Positions 1 through 13,200 of a DNA stretch of 64,000 nt are shown here, one piece after another. Source of the DNA: Mobula hypostoma (taxonomy: Eukaryota); NCBI RefSeq assembly GCF_963921235.1, contig NC_086108.1, forward strand, positions 27,778,001 through 27,842,000. The letters run 5' to 3'. Within the stretch, counting starts at the first letter, position 1; every line of letters begins with the position of its first letter. The notes below the pieces were generated by a model. It saw only the letters and a program-made list of their open reading frames with translations. It did not search any database and had not been told where the DNA came from. Made by a program: the position numbers and the translations under genes.

Positions 1-368
1 TAAACCTGACCTAGAAAGGTAATTCCAACCATAGTGTGATTTAATCATCTCATTTTACTTTTAAAGTTCTAAAGAGCAATTACTGAATATTTATGAAAGA
101 TTCTTGGGTAATGTAGTGGTGGCTGAACTGGAGTTCTAAAAAATGTAAGAGTTACAACAACCGATCAAAGATCAAATGTGCATATAATTAACAACAAATT
201 GTTGTCGATGCAAAACACTGCTTCAATGTAAGATAATGAAATGTGATAAAAGAGAAATTTAATTCACTACTAGGAGGCCAGTGGGATTGAATCAACCAGC
301 AGGTGAACATTAATGTTAAATACCATGCAAAGTGGGAAAGAACAATGGAAAATTCAGAATTCACTCAC

Positions 369-500
369 CAGCACCACCTGCTGTCCAGAACCTGAAACTT
401 CACATGGTTCACATGGTTGGCTCCATGCCGTGGGTCCAGAAGGTCTCTGGATCATTGTGAGTGGGAGGGAGGAGGAAGCCTCAGCTCTGTAGGTCAGCAT
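369..500 (-). CDS. Candidate first coding exon of an unidentified gene running off the left edge
   Basis: The minus strand reads GGGGCC-ATG at 500, then 44 open codons (MLTYRAEASSSLPLTMIQRPSGPTAWSQPCEPCEVSGSGQQVVL), ending at a consensus donor CTG|GTGAGT (363-368). No homology recognised. Confidence 0.2.
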
Positions 501-665
501 GGCCCCAGATCTGTGGATCAGGTGTTCTAATCCCTGTTAGTCAGGCTGTTCCTTCAGCTTGACGGAGTGAACGTAACCTCCAGTTCTGTGGGTCATGGTA
601 GTTTCAGAACGTGGTCAGGGTGATCCCCAGCTCTGTGGCTCAGAGTGGTCTCAGCGCTGTGGGCC
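482..665. repeat. Degenerate minisatellite with a unit of about 24 nt (CAGCTCTGTGGGTCAG core)
   Basis: Core variants at about 482, 506, 581, 628 and 652. Confidence 0.55.
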
Positions 666-2019
666 TTAATGAATTCCTCATCTGGCTGATATTTAAATGA
701 CCCTGTCTTCAGAAACATTAATGCCTATATCAATCTATATTAATTCTAACTGAAAACCACACTACCCTGGAATTCAGAATTATATTTAGATTTAAGATAA
801 TAGTACAAAGGTCAAATGCTTTTTATTAACATTCAGAATTGTGTGAGACTGCATTGAAAATTACTTTATTTATCAGTACTCACTGTATTACACTCCAGCG
901 CCCACCCAATGTTCATTTCATTTAGTCAACGGGAAATTTCTGAAGCTGAGGCGGGCTTATCTAACTCATCTTAGAAGCCTCTTAATATCTTAAGATATCT
1001 TAAGAATAAATATTTCTGCAACATTTCTCCAATAACAGTGGTCAGTGTCTGCACTTCTGCGCTGTACATGCTATCGCTGCTGTCAGCTCAGAGAAAGTTA
1101 GGTCATAACACAGCCAATTACCCTAAATTAGCAGCATGAAGCTTTGAATTTTTGATGTTACATACAACAATAAAGTAACAAAAACGAGCAGATTGTAGGG
1201 TTCATAACAAGAGCATCTTGAGACAATCAGAGCAATTCATCAACATTGATAAGGATCCTTGAGATTGCACAACAGTTTTCTGTTGATAAAAACCATAATT
1301 TCTTCAGTGTTTTATTGGTGAAATAGAGAGATAACAACTATATTTAATGTCATGTGCAGCAGACATAGGAATGGCAATTTTTTTTAGCTAAGCTTTACAG
1401 TCGAGTGCAGAAGACTATTCTGAGGTGAAACTAAACATTTTGTATTTCAAATAACCATTTCTTCAGATGCCCAGGTCAACATGTTGATTGACACCAGAAG
1501 TGAAAAGTGCTGAGGGAGGGAGAGATAAGTCAGCATGTGCTTCACTAATCTGCAGATTGTGCGAGAGTGGCAAAATAATTTCACTCTGTTCAAAATTAAA
1601 GGGAAGAAAAAAGCAGGCTGCAGGATAAATTGCAACAAATTTTAACTAGAACACAGGCAGATTCAGAGGAATAATGGCTGAGATATTGTAAAATGGGACA
1701 ACCATATGCCATTATGAGAAAGTTAGTAAATAGAGTTTTAAGAATGAATTACTATTTTCTGATTTTTGCTTTTCCTTATAGTTTACATGCACATGAGAAA
1801 CATCTAATAATCCACTCTTACCAGGATTACAAATGTTTCTTTACTTTTGGGTGTTAGGTTGGTTGAGAAGGCTATGGTTAGCCTTTCTCTTATTGAAGAT
1901 TCTCACTTCAAGTTTGTGTGTGCTTATTACTGGAATGTTGTCTAGCCCTTGTTGACTGAAGGCGTGGACAACTTTATTATCCATGGAGTGCAAATAATGC
2001 AGAACACTAGGCAATGATC

Positions 2020-2270
2020 AGCAACGCACTCAAAATGCTGGAGCAGTTCAGCAGGTCAGGCAGTACCTATGATGGGGAATAAACAGTCGGCATTTCAGGC
2101 TGAGCGTAGGGCTGGAAAGGAAGGGGGCAAAGCCAGAGTAAAAAATTGGGGAAGAGAAAGGAGTATGAGCTGGTAAGATATAGGTGCAACCGACTGAGGG
2201 GAAGCTGGGTCGGTGGGAGAGAGGAGATGAGAGAAGAAGCTGGGAGGGGACAGGTGGAACTAATTAAACT
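2020..2270 (-). mobile_element. Penelope-like element, pseudo-LTR/3' fragment
   Basis: Shares the AAAATGCTGGAG..CAGCAGGTCAGGCAG..AAACAGTC terminus and purine-rich tract with the GIY-YIG-bearing copies elsewhere in the window. Confidence 0.7.
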
Positions 2271-2545
2271 GCAATTGCTTAGTTTGTGCCTCTATAATAA
2301 GAAAAAATAAATAAATGCTTAACAGGTCGGGCAATATATGGGGAAAATGCAGGTAGGTGGAGGTGAGCCCATGGCCAGATCAGCCATGATCTTATTGAAT
2401 GGCGGAGCAGGCTCGACGGGCTGGATGACATGCTTCTGCTTCTAATTCTTACGTTTTTATGTTCTAACATCCATGGAGAGAGAAACAGCACGAGGTTAAT
2501 CATCCTGCTTCAGAATAATTTATATTTCCAGCATTATTTCTTTTC

Positions 2546-2745
2546 AACTGAAATTTATCCCTTACTCTCTTTTTTAAACAATGGTACAGCATTAGCAATC
2601 CTCCAGTCACCTGGTAACACATGTGTAGCAAAGGAGTGTTGACAAGTTATGATCAGAGCCTCTGCAATGTTGTCCCTTGCTTCTTTTAACAGATAAATTT
2701 TACTCAGGTTTTGTATTGAGCCCACTTTCAAAGACACAATAACCA
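2546..2745 (-). mobile_element. CR1-clade LINE ORF2 fragment
   Basis: ORF 2555-2752 contains PGDWRIANAVPLFKK, matching PEDWRVANVTPLFKK in the CR1 at 58 kb. Confidence 0.75.
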
Positions 2746-3832
2746 TTAACACACTATATTTATTCCATTCAGTCTTTCATTCTTACCCACTTAATTACCA
2801 CATCAACCTCTCACATCCTTCTATAAAGACATGTCACACAGAAAAGCTAACAGATTCACCCACATAGAAAAAACACCAGTAAAAACATCACACCCCAAAT
2901 TCCCAACTTCTCCCTGATATAAAATGTAACCTGCCAATCAGCCATAAGAAAAAAAACAAAAACTGAAGGAGACCAATAGAAAATAAAGTCCAATAATCAC
3001 AAAAATCTCAGAATATCGAAAACATCCATCTATTGGCTTTACTTGCTATTCGTCACTTACTATAAACTAGAAAAGTCTTCCAACACATTTCAGAAATTCT
3101 GCAACCTCCACACCATTTACACTGCCTGTATACCAGTTACAAAAAGAATAACTGAGACACCTAAAAAAGTTGCTGCTTAGGGCTCTTACACTTGCCAGAA
3201 ATCTTCAGTGATCAGCAGTACACTTGTGAGGTTAGTATTGTTGTTCTGTTGACATTTACCAATAGACTAAACTGGTAGCTATGTTCTTGGGAGCATGTCT
3301 TGTTCAGGCGGTGGGACTACCAAGCCACTGTTGGAAATGGAAGCTGGTACTCAAAGTAAAGTAGATACTACATCCTTGCTCCAGACAGTGCTTTGTCCAG
3401 TATAAAGGATGGGTTACATCTGATGTGGATGAGTGCAGTTCTAATCAGCAATAGATTTCCTGTACTCAATTATTCTAAGAGAAATTTGTAAGATCAATCT
3501 TAAAGATTTTCATGCTTGCTCCATTAAGGCACTCCCTCCTCTATAACACTAAGTACTTACATTTTATAGATATTTCCTTTTGGAGAGGGGAGCTATGTTC
3601 AAACTTGGTGACAGAAAGGACCTGGTTCTGCAAGTGCAAGTGTGTCAGGGGTTGCTTAACTGGTCACTGAAGCATGTATCCCTACTGGGTGTGTAACAAG
3701 AGAGAGAGAAATCAGTATTTGGCAAGCTGTCAAACCAGCTTCATCCAGGGCAAAAGGAGATGTGGGGATTGTATAGGGTGGTGGCGGTGTCTATATGCCC
3801 ATCAGACAGTACAGGGGGGTTGCAGATGTACC

Positions 3833-4045
3833 AACATACACTAAATGCTGCAGGAACTCAACGGATCAGGCAGCATTCATGGAGGGAAATAACCAGTCGA
3901 CATTTTGATCTGAGACCCTCCATCAAGACTGGACTGGAAGAGTCTCGGTCCAAACTGTCGACTCTTTATTTCACTCAACACATACCACCTGACCTGCAGA
4001 ATTCCTCCAGCATTTTGTGCGTGTTGCTCGATTTACAGCATCTCT
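3833..4045. mobile_element. Short fold-back element made of two inverted Penelope pseudo-LTR ends
   Basis: Left arm AAATGCTGCAGGAACTCA..GTCGAC and right arm GTCGAC..AATTCCTCCAGCATTTT are reverse complements. Confidence 0.7.
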
Positions 4046-4599
4046 TCTGTCATTTGATTTGTTGCACATGTAAAAAAAGTACTCCATTTGAAAAGCTCTC
4101 CAGAAATAGGTCCCTATTTTTGACCCACATACTTAATTTTAGGGGGAAAAAGGGGACATATTTGAGCTGAACAGAGTTCACAAATTATCCTTAATTTACA
4201 TATATCATCATCAGAACTAATAAGGATTTGCCTGTAAATCATTCTAATGTCTTCTGCAGGTGACTACAGAAAGATATAACTACAGGGAATTCATTCCATT
4301 CTATTGAAAAGAAACTAGGAAAACAAATCAGTCAGGAAAGTACAGTAACATTGCTGAAGAAAGCTGGAATGTTATTCAGAGCACAATTTCCTGAGGGGTA
4401 AAGTTAGACACACATTTTAATATACAGCATGACCTGGGCTTCAAAATAGAGGACATAATTACAAAGTCTGCCGAAGACACAAAATTGCAGCAAATAACAT
4501 CTGATGGAATGAAACTGGAGGATTCTTGAAAGATAAACTTTAAAACAAGAAAGTATGAAGAGAAACATTTTGTTCCAAAGAATAAAGAATGAGGGAACT

Positions 4600-4835
4600 G
4601 GTACCATGGGGGAATGTCGACTCAGACCATAAGATGCCTTCGTCAGTCATTTTTACGCCTTACAAGGCGCAGATTGGAAGTCTGTGTGGGACACCACTCT
4701 TTGCACAGACACTAGAGCCATGTGTGATTAAGTGCTTTGCTCAAGGACACAAACATGCTGCCACAGCTGAGTCTCGAACTAGCGACCTTCAGATCACTAG
4801 ATGAACGCTTTAACCACTTGGCCACATGCCCAACC
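4600..4835 (-). mobile_element. tRNA-derived SINE (CORE-like)
   Basis: The minus strand has box A TGGCCAAGTGG, box B AGTTCGAGAC and TGTCCTTGAGCAAAGCACTTAA; it is similar to the copy at 37621-37906. Confidence 0.75.
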
Positions 4836-4837
4836 AT

Positions 4838-5610
4838 GACACACACAAAAAGCTGGAGGAATTCAGCAGGTCAGGCAACATCTATGGAAATGAATAAACA
4901 GTCGACATTTCAGGTTGAGACCCTTCATCAGGAAGGAAGGGGGAAAACACCAGAAAAAGGGAGGGGAAGGAGGATAACTAGAAGGTGATAGGTGAAACCA
5001 GGTGGGTAGGAAAGATAAACAGACAGAGAAGAAGATATCTGATAGGCGAGGAGAGTGGACCACAGAAAAGAGAGGAGAAGGATGGGTCCTAGGGGGAGGT
5101 GATAGGCAGGTGAAAGAGATAAGGGGCTAGAGTAGGGAATAGAAGAAGAGGGGAGAGGGAGGGAGATTTTTTTTTACCGGAAGGGAAAATCAACATTCAT
5201 GCCGTCAGGTTGGAGGTTATCCAGGCGGAATATGAGGTGTTGCTCCTCCACTCTGAGGATGACCTCTTCCTGGCATAGGAGGAGGCCATAGAAAGACATG
5301 TCGGAACAGGAATCGGAATTAAAATGTCTGCCCTTAGGGAAGTTCTGCTTTTGGCAGATGGTGCTACACAAAGTGGTCCTCCAACTTACGGCGGGTCTCA
5401 CCGATATAGAAGAGGCAGCATTGGAAGCACCGGACACATGAGACAAACCAAGCAGATTCCCAGGTGAAGAACTGACTCATCAGGATGGACTACTTGGGGC
5501 CCTGAATGGAGGTGAGACAGGAGGTGAATGGGGAGGTGTAATACTTTGGATACTTGCAGGGATAGGTGTCAGAAGGGAGATTAGCGGAGAGGGACGAATG
5601 GACAGGGGAA
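4838..5610 (-). mobile_element. Penelope-like element 3' part (GIY-YIG region plus pseudo-LTR)
   Basis: ORF 5174-5446 contains LRVEEQHLIFRLDNLQPDGMNVDF; hammerhead core at 4899-4933. Confidence 0.85.
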
Positions 5611-5809
5611 TACCACATTCAACGAGGTGCAGAAAGTGAGAAACACCTGAGGGTCATTGTACATAAGCCTCTGGTGATGCTAGAACATGTTGAGAAATGT
5701 TTAAATACACACAGGATACCTGGTATTATTAAAACAGTACTATAACCTTTATCAAACATTAGTTAGCTGTCAGATGGAATACTGTGTTCTTTTGCAGGCA
5801 CATACTATA

Positions 5810-6400
5810 TATGTGTAGGACGTATCCCACACCCACGTATCTGTCCTCTGTCTTTCCTGCTGCCAGAATGAGGTTAAATGCAAGCTAAAGGTACAGTATC
5901 TCAGAAACCTGATGGTGCGAACATTGGATTCTCCAACTTCCAATGAAGAATGAACCCTCTGTCCCTTTTCTCTACTCTTGACCTGCCTAGTTCCTCCTAC
6001 ACTCCTGCTCTCCACCATCTCCATCTGCCCATCACCCAAACACTCCTTCTGCTTAATCACCTCCCTTGCTACTACCACCTACCCTCCCATCTTCCCCCTC
6101 CTATTTCATGCTGTATCAGATTTCATCATCTTCAGCCCTTTAACCCTTCCACCTATCACAACCTAGCTTGTGGTACTATTTCTATTCTCCCTTCCACTAT
6201 CTGCCCAATAAACCCACCCTCACATGGATCCACCCTTTGCCGGTTCTTGCTCCATCCCTTCCCTCTACCTTTTTATACCGGTTATCTACCCTCTATCATT
6301 CAGTCCAGGTGAAGGGTCTCAGCCCAAAATGTTGACTGCCCACTTCATTCTCCAAATGCTTCTTGACCTGTTGAGTTTCTCCAGCTTTTTGTGTTTTGCA
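5810..6400 (+). mobile_element. Degenerate Penelope-like element 3' end
   Basis: Pyrimidine-rich UTR and terminal GAAGGGTCTCAGCCCAAAATGTTGACTG..CTCCAGCTTTTTGTGT. Confidence 0.7.
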
Positions 6401-7239
6401 CGATGGTTAAATGAGACTATGAAAACCTTGGGGAGGGTGCAAGAGAGATTATCAGAATGGCAGAAGGTTTCAGTAGTGTAGATGCACTGGCGAAGCTAGG
6501 ATAAATCTCCTTAGACCAGAGTGATTCAAGTGGAGTTTTGATAATGTAAGAATGAGTCATCAAAAAATACAGTATGGGGATAGGTCCTTCAACCTATCAG
6601 TCCATTTCAAGTATTAACACTGATCCAACTTTAATGTTATATTCTATTCTCCGCACATTTTTATTGTTTTCCCTAGAGGCTACTCTCATCCCCAAATAGG
6701 GGATTAACCTACTAACCTTCAAACATCTTTGGGACCTATCTGAGAAGATATTGGAGCAGCAGCGGTCAGAGGGAGAACAGGCAACTTCTACCCAAACAGC
6801 TCCAAGACCAAGAACAAACCTGCCAAAGGTGAATACCTAATGGACCATATAAGCTCTGAGATGTGTATATAATCTTTGGAGTGATTTTGAGCATATGAAG
6901 ATACGGTGATTCACTAGAATTTTAGGATTCCAGATGGGTAGAGATTTTTAAGTAGGTGAGTAATGGAGGTGTAATCATGGGACATGAAGTGAAGCTCATA
7001 GTCCATACAAATGGATTTGTAAGACACATATCAATCGCAGGTGTATCATAGCTAAACTTCTTCCGACACATCATCCATATCGAGAGGTTTTGAGTTCTCA
7101 TGTTTACATTCTTTGCTAGTTCCTCCCAGAACCATTGGACAATATGGAGGCCCACGTTTTTCTTTCCCCTTAATCAACCAAAGCCTGCAAAGGAATGTCA
7201 GTGAATATGAGCGCTCTGTAAATATGTGATCCACCTGCC

Positions 7240-8950
7240 AGCTCCAAAAAGGAGTTGAGGAAGCAGGGAGGCTTGGACAGATTAGGAGAATGGGCAAGAA
7301 GCAACATATAGTGTCCGTGTATGGCTGTACACTTTGGTACAAGGAATAAATGGGGAGAAAATTCAATATTCTGAGGTGCAAAGGGACTTGGGAGTCCTCA
7401 AGCAGGATTCCCTAATAATTTGCAGGTTGAGTCAGTGGTGAGGAAAGCAAATGCAATGTCAGTGTTCATCTCAAAAGGACTAGAATATAAAAGCTACAAT
7501 GTTTTGTGGAGGCTGTCTAAGGTACAGGTGAGCATTATGAGAAGTATCGGGCCCCTTCTTTAAGAAAGGATGCGCTGACATTAGAGAAGTTTCAGAGTAG
7601 GTTCACAAGAATGATTCCAGGAATAAAAAGGCTATCATATGAGGTGCGATTGATGGCTCTGGGCCTTCTCGCCAGAATTTAGAATGAGGAGGGATCTCAC
7701 TGAAACTTATCGAATATTGAAAGGCCAACATAGAGTGGATGTGAAGATAATGTTTCCTATAGTGGCAGAGTCTAGGACCAGAGGGCACAACTTCAGATTT
7801 GAGGGATGTCCATTTAGAACAGAGATGAAGAGTAATTTCTTTAGCCAGAGGATGGTGAATCTGTGAAATACATTGCCACAGGCAGCTGTGGAGACCAGGT
7901 GTAACGTAACCAGCAACAATGAATATCAATCGAAACAGGTTATATAAAAACAACTAAACATTTGTTAAACACATATAAATGATAAGGAAAAAAAACAAAC
8001 GAAAACTTTAACCGGAAGTTAATCATTACGCAGCTATTCACCAACTCGTCACTTGTCTCTGGTTCTTAAAGCGTTAAACAGTTCTTAAAGCGATACAGTC
8101 AGATATAGTTCTTAAAGCGATAACTTCAAAAGTCCAACAGATTTACATGTTCAATTGGGAGAGACTTCTCTGGAGAAGGATTTCTTCACAGACACAACTT
8201 TCCTGCTGGTTCTGTCCACAGGATTCACGATGCCGAAAATAAACAGTTTAAATCAACTGACCTTACATTCCTTTAGAGAGAGAGAGCACACCTTTGCATG
8301 AACTCCTTGCTCTTTTTGGCAAGAGTTATCCTTGATGCAGGTCGTACTCCTCCAACGAAGACTCAATAAGGTCGATCCTTTATTAAGCTGCCAGACGATG
8401 CCGACTCCTCTCGATCCTTCGATCCTGTACTTCGATAAGTTCTTCACTCTCCCTTCTACTATTGGAATTTGGTAAATCAACACATCTTACAAAAATTTCC
8501 AGTCCAATAATATGGTATCTTGCAACAGAACGCAACACTCCGTTTTAAAAATGAAACTGCGTCACAAAAACAAACACGCAACAGAAACAGAGATACAGCA
8601 CGTTCTACCCGGAAATCTACAAACTAAAAAACCCCCTGCGTCACCTGGGTCGACCCTTATAGAGTCATGGGTCACATGTCATCACGTGACCTCACATCGG
8701 CGGGAAAATCACATTAGGTGACCTCCAAAAGACCATTACATCATTCTCACCAAAAAAAACACAGATCTCCTTGAGCAAGTAACACAGGTCATTGGGTTGG
8801 AGGTTGATAGGTTCTTGATTAGTCAAGGTGTAAAAGGTTAAGGGGAGAAGACAGGAGAATGGGGTTGAGAGGGAAATTGATCAGCCACGATGAAATGGGT
8901 GAGCAGACTCGATGGGCGAATTGCCTAATTCTGCATCTATGTCTTATGGT
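7240..8950 (+). mobile_element. CR1-clade LINE 3' portion interrupted by a solo LTR
   Basis: ORF 7684-7866 reads MRRDLTETYRILKG..SRTRGHN..NFFSQRMVNL. The CR1 3' UTR resumes at 8785. Confidence 0.9.
7900..8784. mobile_element. Solo LTR, 885 bp
   Basis: TGTAAC...GTAACA termini and a 4-bp TSD CAGG (7896-7899, 8785-8788); it splits the CR1 cleanly. Confidence 0.85.
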
Positions 8951-9074
8951 TTAAAAGCATCCAATGACATAAAGCCACAGATCTGATCTTGGCCATCATT
9001 TCAGTTATTGCTAATAGCTCACTAAACCTGCTCCATAGATACATGTTAAAACAATAAAAAAACAGGAACGTAAG

Positions 9075-9679
9075 TGTAACACGCTGTAAGGTTTCACTGC
9101 TAATGTAATAGCCTCTCTGTAATGTTTCACTGCTAAGGTTAAGGTAATGGTTTCTCTGTAGCAGCACGTTTGGGTTATGACTAGAGATAACAGGGACTTT
9201 GGAATGTATGTTAGCCAATGAGAGGAATGTTGTTCTTTCTCATGGGTCTGGAAGAGGGATTTTCACAGTCTTCTGTCAGGGAGAGATAAAGAGAGAGGAC
9301 GCGAATGGAGAGAGTTGATAGACCGCTGGATGGAGTGGACTGAGGTGTGAGGGTCCGAGGGTCCAAGGGTTGGCTACGTTCAGAGTAGGACTATGGGAAC
9401 AAATGGACGACACTGTGAGCTCCAACATTTGCGCATTAGACTGTTTCATTAGAATGGGCCCTTTTCTTTTTATTGTTTCTTTACTAACCATATAGTCAAA
9501 TTAAGAATTATAAGTCTCAATTGTTTAATTGCATATTGTGTACTGTTTATTATTTCATGGTACTGATTTGCAACAGGGGACACGTCGCACAGCATCCACC
9601 CAAACGAGATTTCTTAAGTTTGGCCGGGCTGGGGTCTGTCATCCCCTAGATTACGCTGCTTGCGGAACCGAGGGTTACA
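9075..9679. mobile_element. Solo LTR, 605 bp
   Basis: Perfect TGTAAC...GTTACA termini and a 4-bp TSD TAAG (9071-9074, 9680-9683). Confidence 0.88.
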
Positions 9680-9974
9680 TAAGGAAATAGGAGCACAAGT
9701 TGGCCAGTCTGCTATTCAAGCCTGCCTCACCATTCCATATGATCATGGCTGATCCATCCCATATCCATTATCCTCTGCTGTGCCAGTTCCACATCAGCCT
9801 CAGTTCCCTGATCTTTCAGAAGTCTGTCTGTGTCCTCTTTAGCTCCCCCTAATGATCCAGCCTCCACAACCATCTAGGATAAACAATTCCAGAGATTCAA
9901 CACTCTGCAAGAATAACCACGATGGCAAGAGCTGGCACGTCACTGATGTTAATGGGCTGGGGTGGTGGAACACC

Positions 9975-10290
9975 AGTTACTGTAGAGGTATGCTGGCACA
10001 ACAGTAAGTGCTGCAGCCTCAGAGAGTCAGCGACACAGGTTCAATACTGACCCTAGATGTTGTCTGTGTTGAATGTTCAATTCCTTTCTTTGACCGTGTG
10101 AGCTTTGTTCTACATCCCAAAGATGTGCCAGTAAAGCCAGTGAATCCTGTAAGCCAATCCTCAATGTAGATGAATGGAAAAAAATATCAAAGGATAGTAG
10201 GTGTGAATGTGAAAGAGAAAGCATGTTACAAGGGTACAGGTAAATGGGACAGGGAATAGGACAAATTAAATTACACTCTGGATGGGTCAA
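9975..10290 (+). mobile_element. Degenerate V-SINE (HE1-like)
   Basis: tRNA-like head with box B GGTTCAATAC, followed by a V-domain-like TGTCTGTGT..TTCCTTTCTTTGACCGTGTG..CATCCCAAAGATGTG. Confidence 0.6.
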
Positions 10291-10299
10291 ATAGATTCA

Positions 10300-13200
10300 G
10301 ATGCAGGATTTCCAAAAAGTTAATTTGCATGTTGTGTCGGTGGTAAGGAAGTAAGTGCATGCTGCATTCATTTTGAAAGCACTATACTGTAATATATGAG
10401 CAAGGATGTAATGCTGAGCCTTTATAAGGCATTGGACAGACGGCACTAGAATTGAATTGAAGAAACCTCATTTTTTTACATCCTTCACAAACATAAGGAA
10501 TAAAAATCTTTGTTACACCTCCATCTGAATGTCCCACATGCAAATTATAGTCATTTTTAATAAATAGTATGTACAGTAAGATATACAACAGAACAGTCAA
10601 TATGGCTTAGAAATACAATTGCATCAGTGTGAACTTATCTGTCTGATGATCTGGTGAAAGAAATTGTCCTGGAGCCTGTTGGTCCTGGCTTTAATGCTGT
10701 GGTACCGTTTCCTGGATGGTAGCAGGTGGGACAGTTTGTGGTTGGGGTGACACAGGTCCTCAATGATCCTTCAGGCCCTTTTTACGCACCTGTTGCTGTA
10801 AATGTCCTGAATAGTGGGAAGTTCACATCTACAGATGTGTTGGGCTGTCTGCAGCACTCTCTGCAGAGTCTTGAAGTTGAGGGAAGCTCCTGTTCCAGTC
10901 AGGATGCTCTCAGTTGTGCCCCTGTAGAAAGTCCTTAGGATTTGGGGACTCAGGCCAAACTTCTTCAACTGTCTAAAGTGAAAGAGGTGCTGTTGTGCTT
11001 TTCTCACCACATAGCTGTTATGTACAGACCAAGTGAGATCCTCAGTGATGTGTATACTGAGGATCTTGATTCTGTTCTCCCTCTCAACCCCAGATCCATT
11101 GATGTCAATAGGGGTATGCCTGTATCCATTCCGCCTGTAGTCCACAACAAGCACTTTTGTTCCTGTGATATTGAGGGAAAGGTTGTTTTCTTGACACCAC
11201 TGTGTCAGGGTGATTACTTCTTCTCTGTAGGCTGCCTTGTTATTATTTGAGATAAGGCCAATCAGTGTAGTATCATCTGCAAATTCAATTAGCAGATTGG
11301 AGCTGTGGGTGGTGACACAGTCATGGGTGTACAGAAAGTAAAAGAGGGGGCTTAGGACACAGTCGTGGGGGACTCCTGTGCTGAGGGTCAGAGGGGCAAA
11401 GATGAGAGAGCCCACTCTTACCACCCGCCAGCTCTGATGGGAAGTTCAGGATCCAGTTACACAAGGCAGGGTGAAGGCCGAGGTCTCTGAGCTTCTTGTC
11501 AAGTCTGGATGGAATTATGGTGTTCAATGCTGAACTGTAGTCAAGAGCAGCATTCTCACATAAGCATCCCTCTTTTCCAGGTGTGTAAGGATTGTGCATA
11601 GAACTGCGGTTATTGCGTCATCTGTCGATTGGTTGTGTTGTTAGGTGATTTATAGGGGGTCCAGTGTAGGTGGTAGCATGCTGCAGATGTAGTTCTTGCC
11701 TAGCCTCTCAAACCATTTGCTTATTATTGAAGTGAGTATAACAGGACGCCAATCATTTAGACATGTTACCTTGGTCTTTTTAGGTACAGGGACAATAATG
11801 GATGTTTTGAAACAGGACTGGGAGAGGAAGAGATTAAAAATGTCTGCAAACACACCTACCAGTTGTGCGGCACACATCCTGAGTTCCCGCCCTGGAATGC
11901 CATCCGGTTCCACAGCCTTACGGCTGTCTACTCATTGGAAACCCCAGCGTACTTCCACCTCAAAGATGACCAAGGTGCAGGTCACATCAGCAGCTCTCCT
12001 CGGGGGCTCAATGTTAGTGACATCAAACCAAGTGTAAAAAAGAACTTGTTCATCTGGGAGAGAGGCAGCGATGTTGGCAGCACTACTGTGTTTAGCTTTG
12101 AAGTCTGCGATGGTGTGCAGAACTTGGTATAAGCTGGGTGTGTTGTTGGTGGAGAATTGTGTATGGACCTTGTCCCTGGATTGTCGTTTCGCTGCCTTGA
12201 TGACTTTGCACGGACTGTAGCTGCATTTCTTGAGTTCCTAGTGGGCACTGACGGCAAAATCTGTCTCACGCAGTGAGTGCAGCGCGCACGGAACTGTTGA
12301 TCCAGGGTTTCTGGTTTGGATAAGTCCTGACCGATTTTTGGGAGACAGCATCCTCATGCACTTCTGGATGAAACCTGTGACTCCCCTCCGTCCGTGAACT
12401 CGGAGACGTCCTCATCACGAAGGACATTCCAATTGACGTCATCAAAGCAGTCCGGTAGCAGTAGTAGCATACGGGCAGAAGCAGAATGGAGAAGTGATCA
12501 GGTTTTCCAAGTGGAGGACGGAGGAGTGCTTTATAAGCATTGCAGAAGGGTGAGTAGCAGTGGTCGAGTATGCTGTCTCCCTATGTGCTCACCTGGATGT
12601 GTTGACAAAACTTTGGAGAGACTTTAGTCAGTGATGCTCGATTAAAGTCTCCGATGACGATGAAAAGATCTTATGGGTGTACAGTCTCTAAGGTGCTGAT
12701 GGTCACATACAGTTCCTTGAGAGCCAGGTCAGTATCAGCCTGCAGTGAAATATACACAGCTGAGATAATAACAGCCATGCATTCTCTAGGCAGCCAGAGA
12801 GGTTTACACTGCAGCACAAGGTACTCCAGATCAGGGGAACAAAAGGATTCTAGGACATGCACATTCCAGGGGTCGCACCAGGCATTACTGACCATGAAGC
12901 ATACCTCACCTCCTTTACTCTTCCTGGAGAGGTTTTCAGACCTGTCTGCCCAGAACAAGGAGAACCCTAAAGGCTCAATGGTGTGATCCGGTACCTGCTA
13001 CATCAACCAGGTGTCCACGAAGCACAAAACATTACTTTCCTTTGTTTCCTGCTGATATGAAATTCTGGCTCTCAGTTCACACAGCTTGTTGTCCAGAGAC
13101 TGAACATTAGCCAGGAGTATGCTAGGGAGCGGCGGCCAATTAGCACGCCGTCTCAACCTCACCAGGATGCTGGCCCTTCTTCCTCACCTCCAGCACCTCT

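Noticed and set aside
1469..1513. Possible plus-strand terminal exon (AQVNMLIDTRSEKC-stop)
   Set aside because: Too short, with an acceptor motif only and no recognisable homology.
5950..6312. Pro/Leu/Ser-rich ORFs here and at 24053-24687, 26763-27058 and 43195-43577
   Set aside because: They are translations of the pyrimidine-rich Penelope UTR, not host genes.
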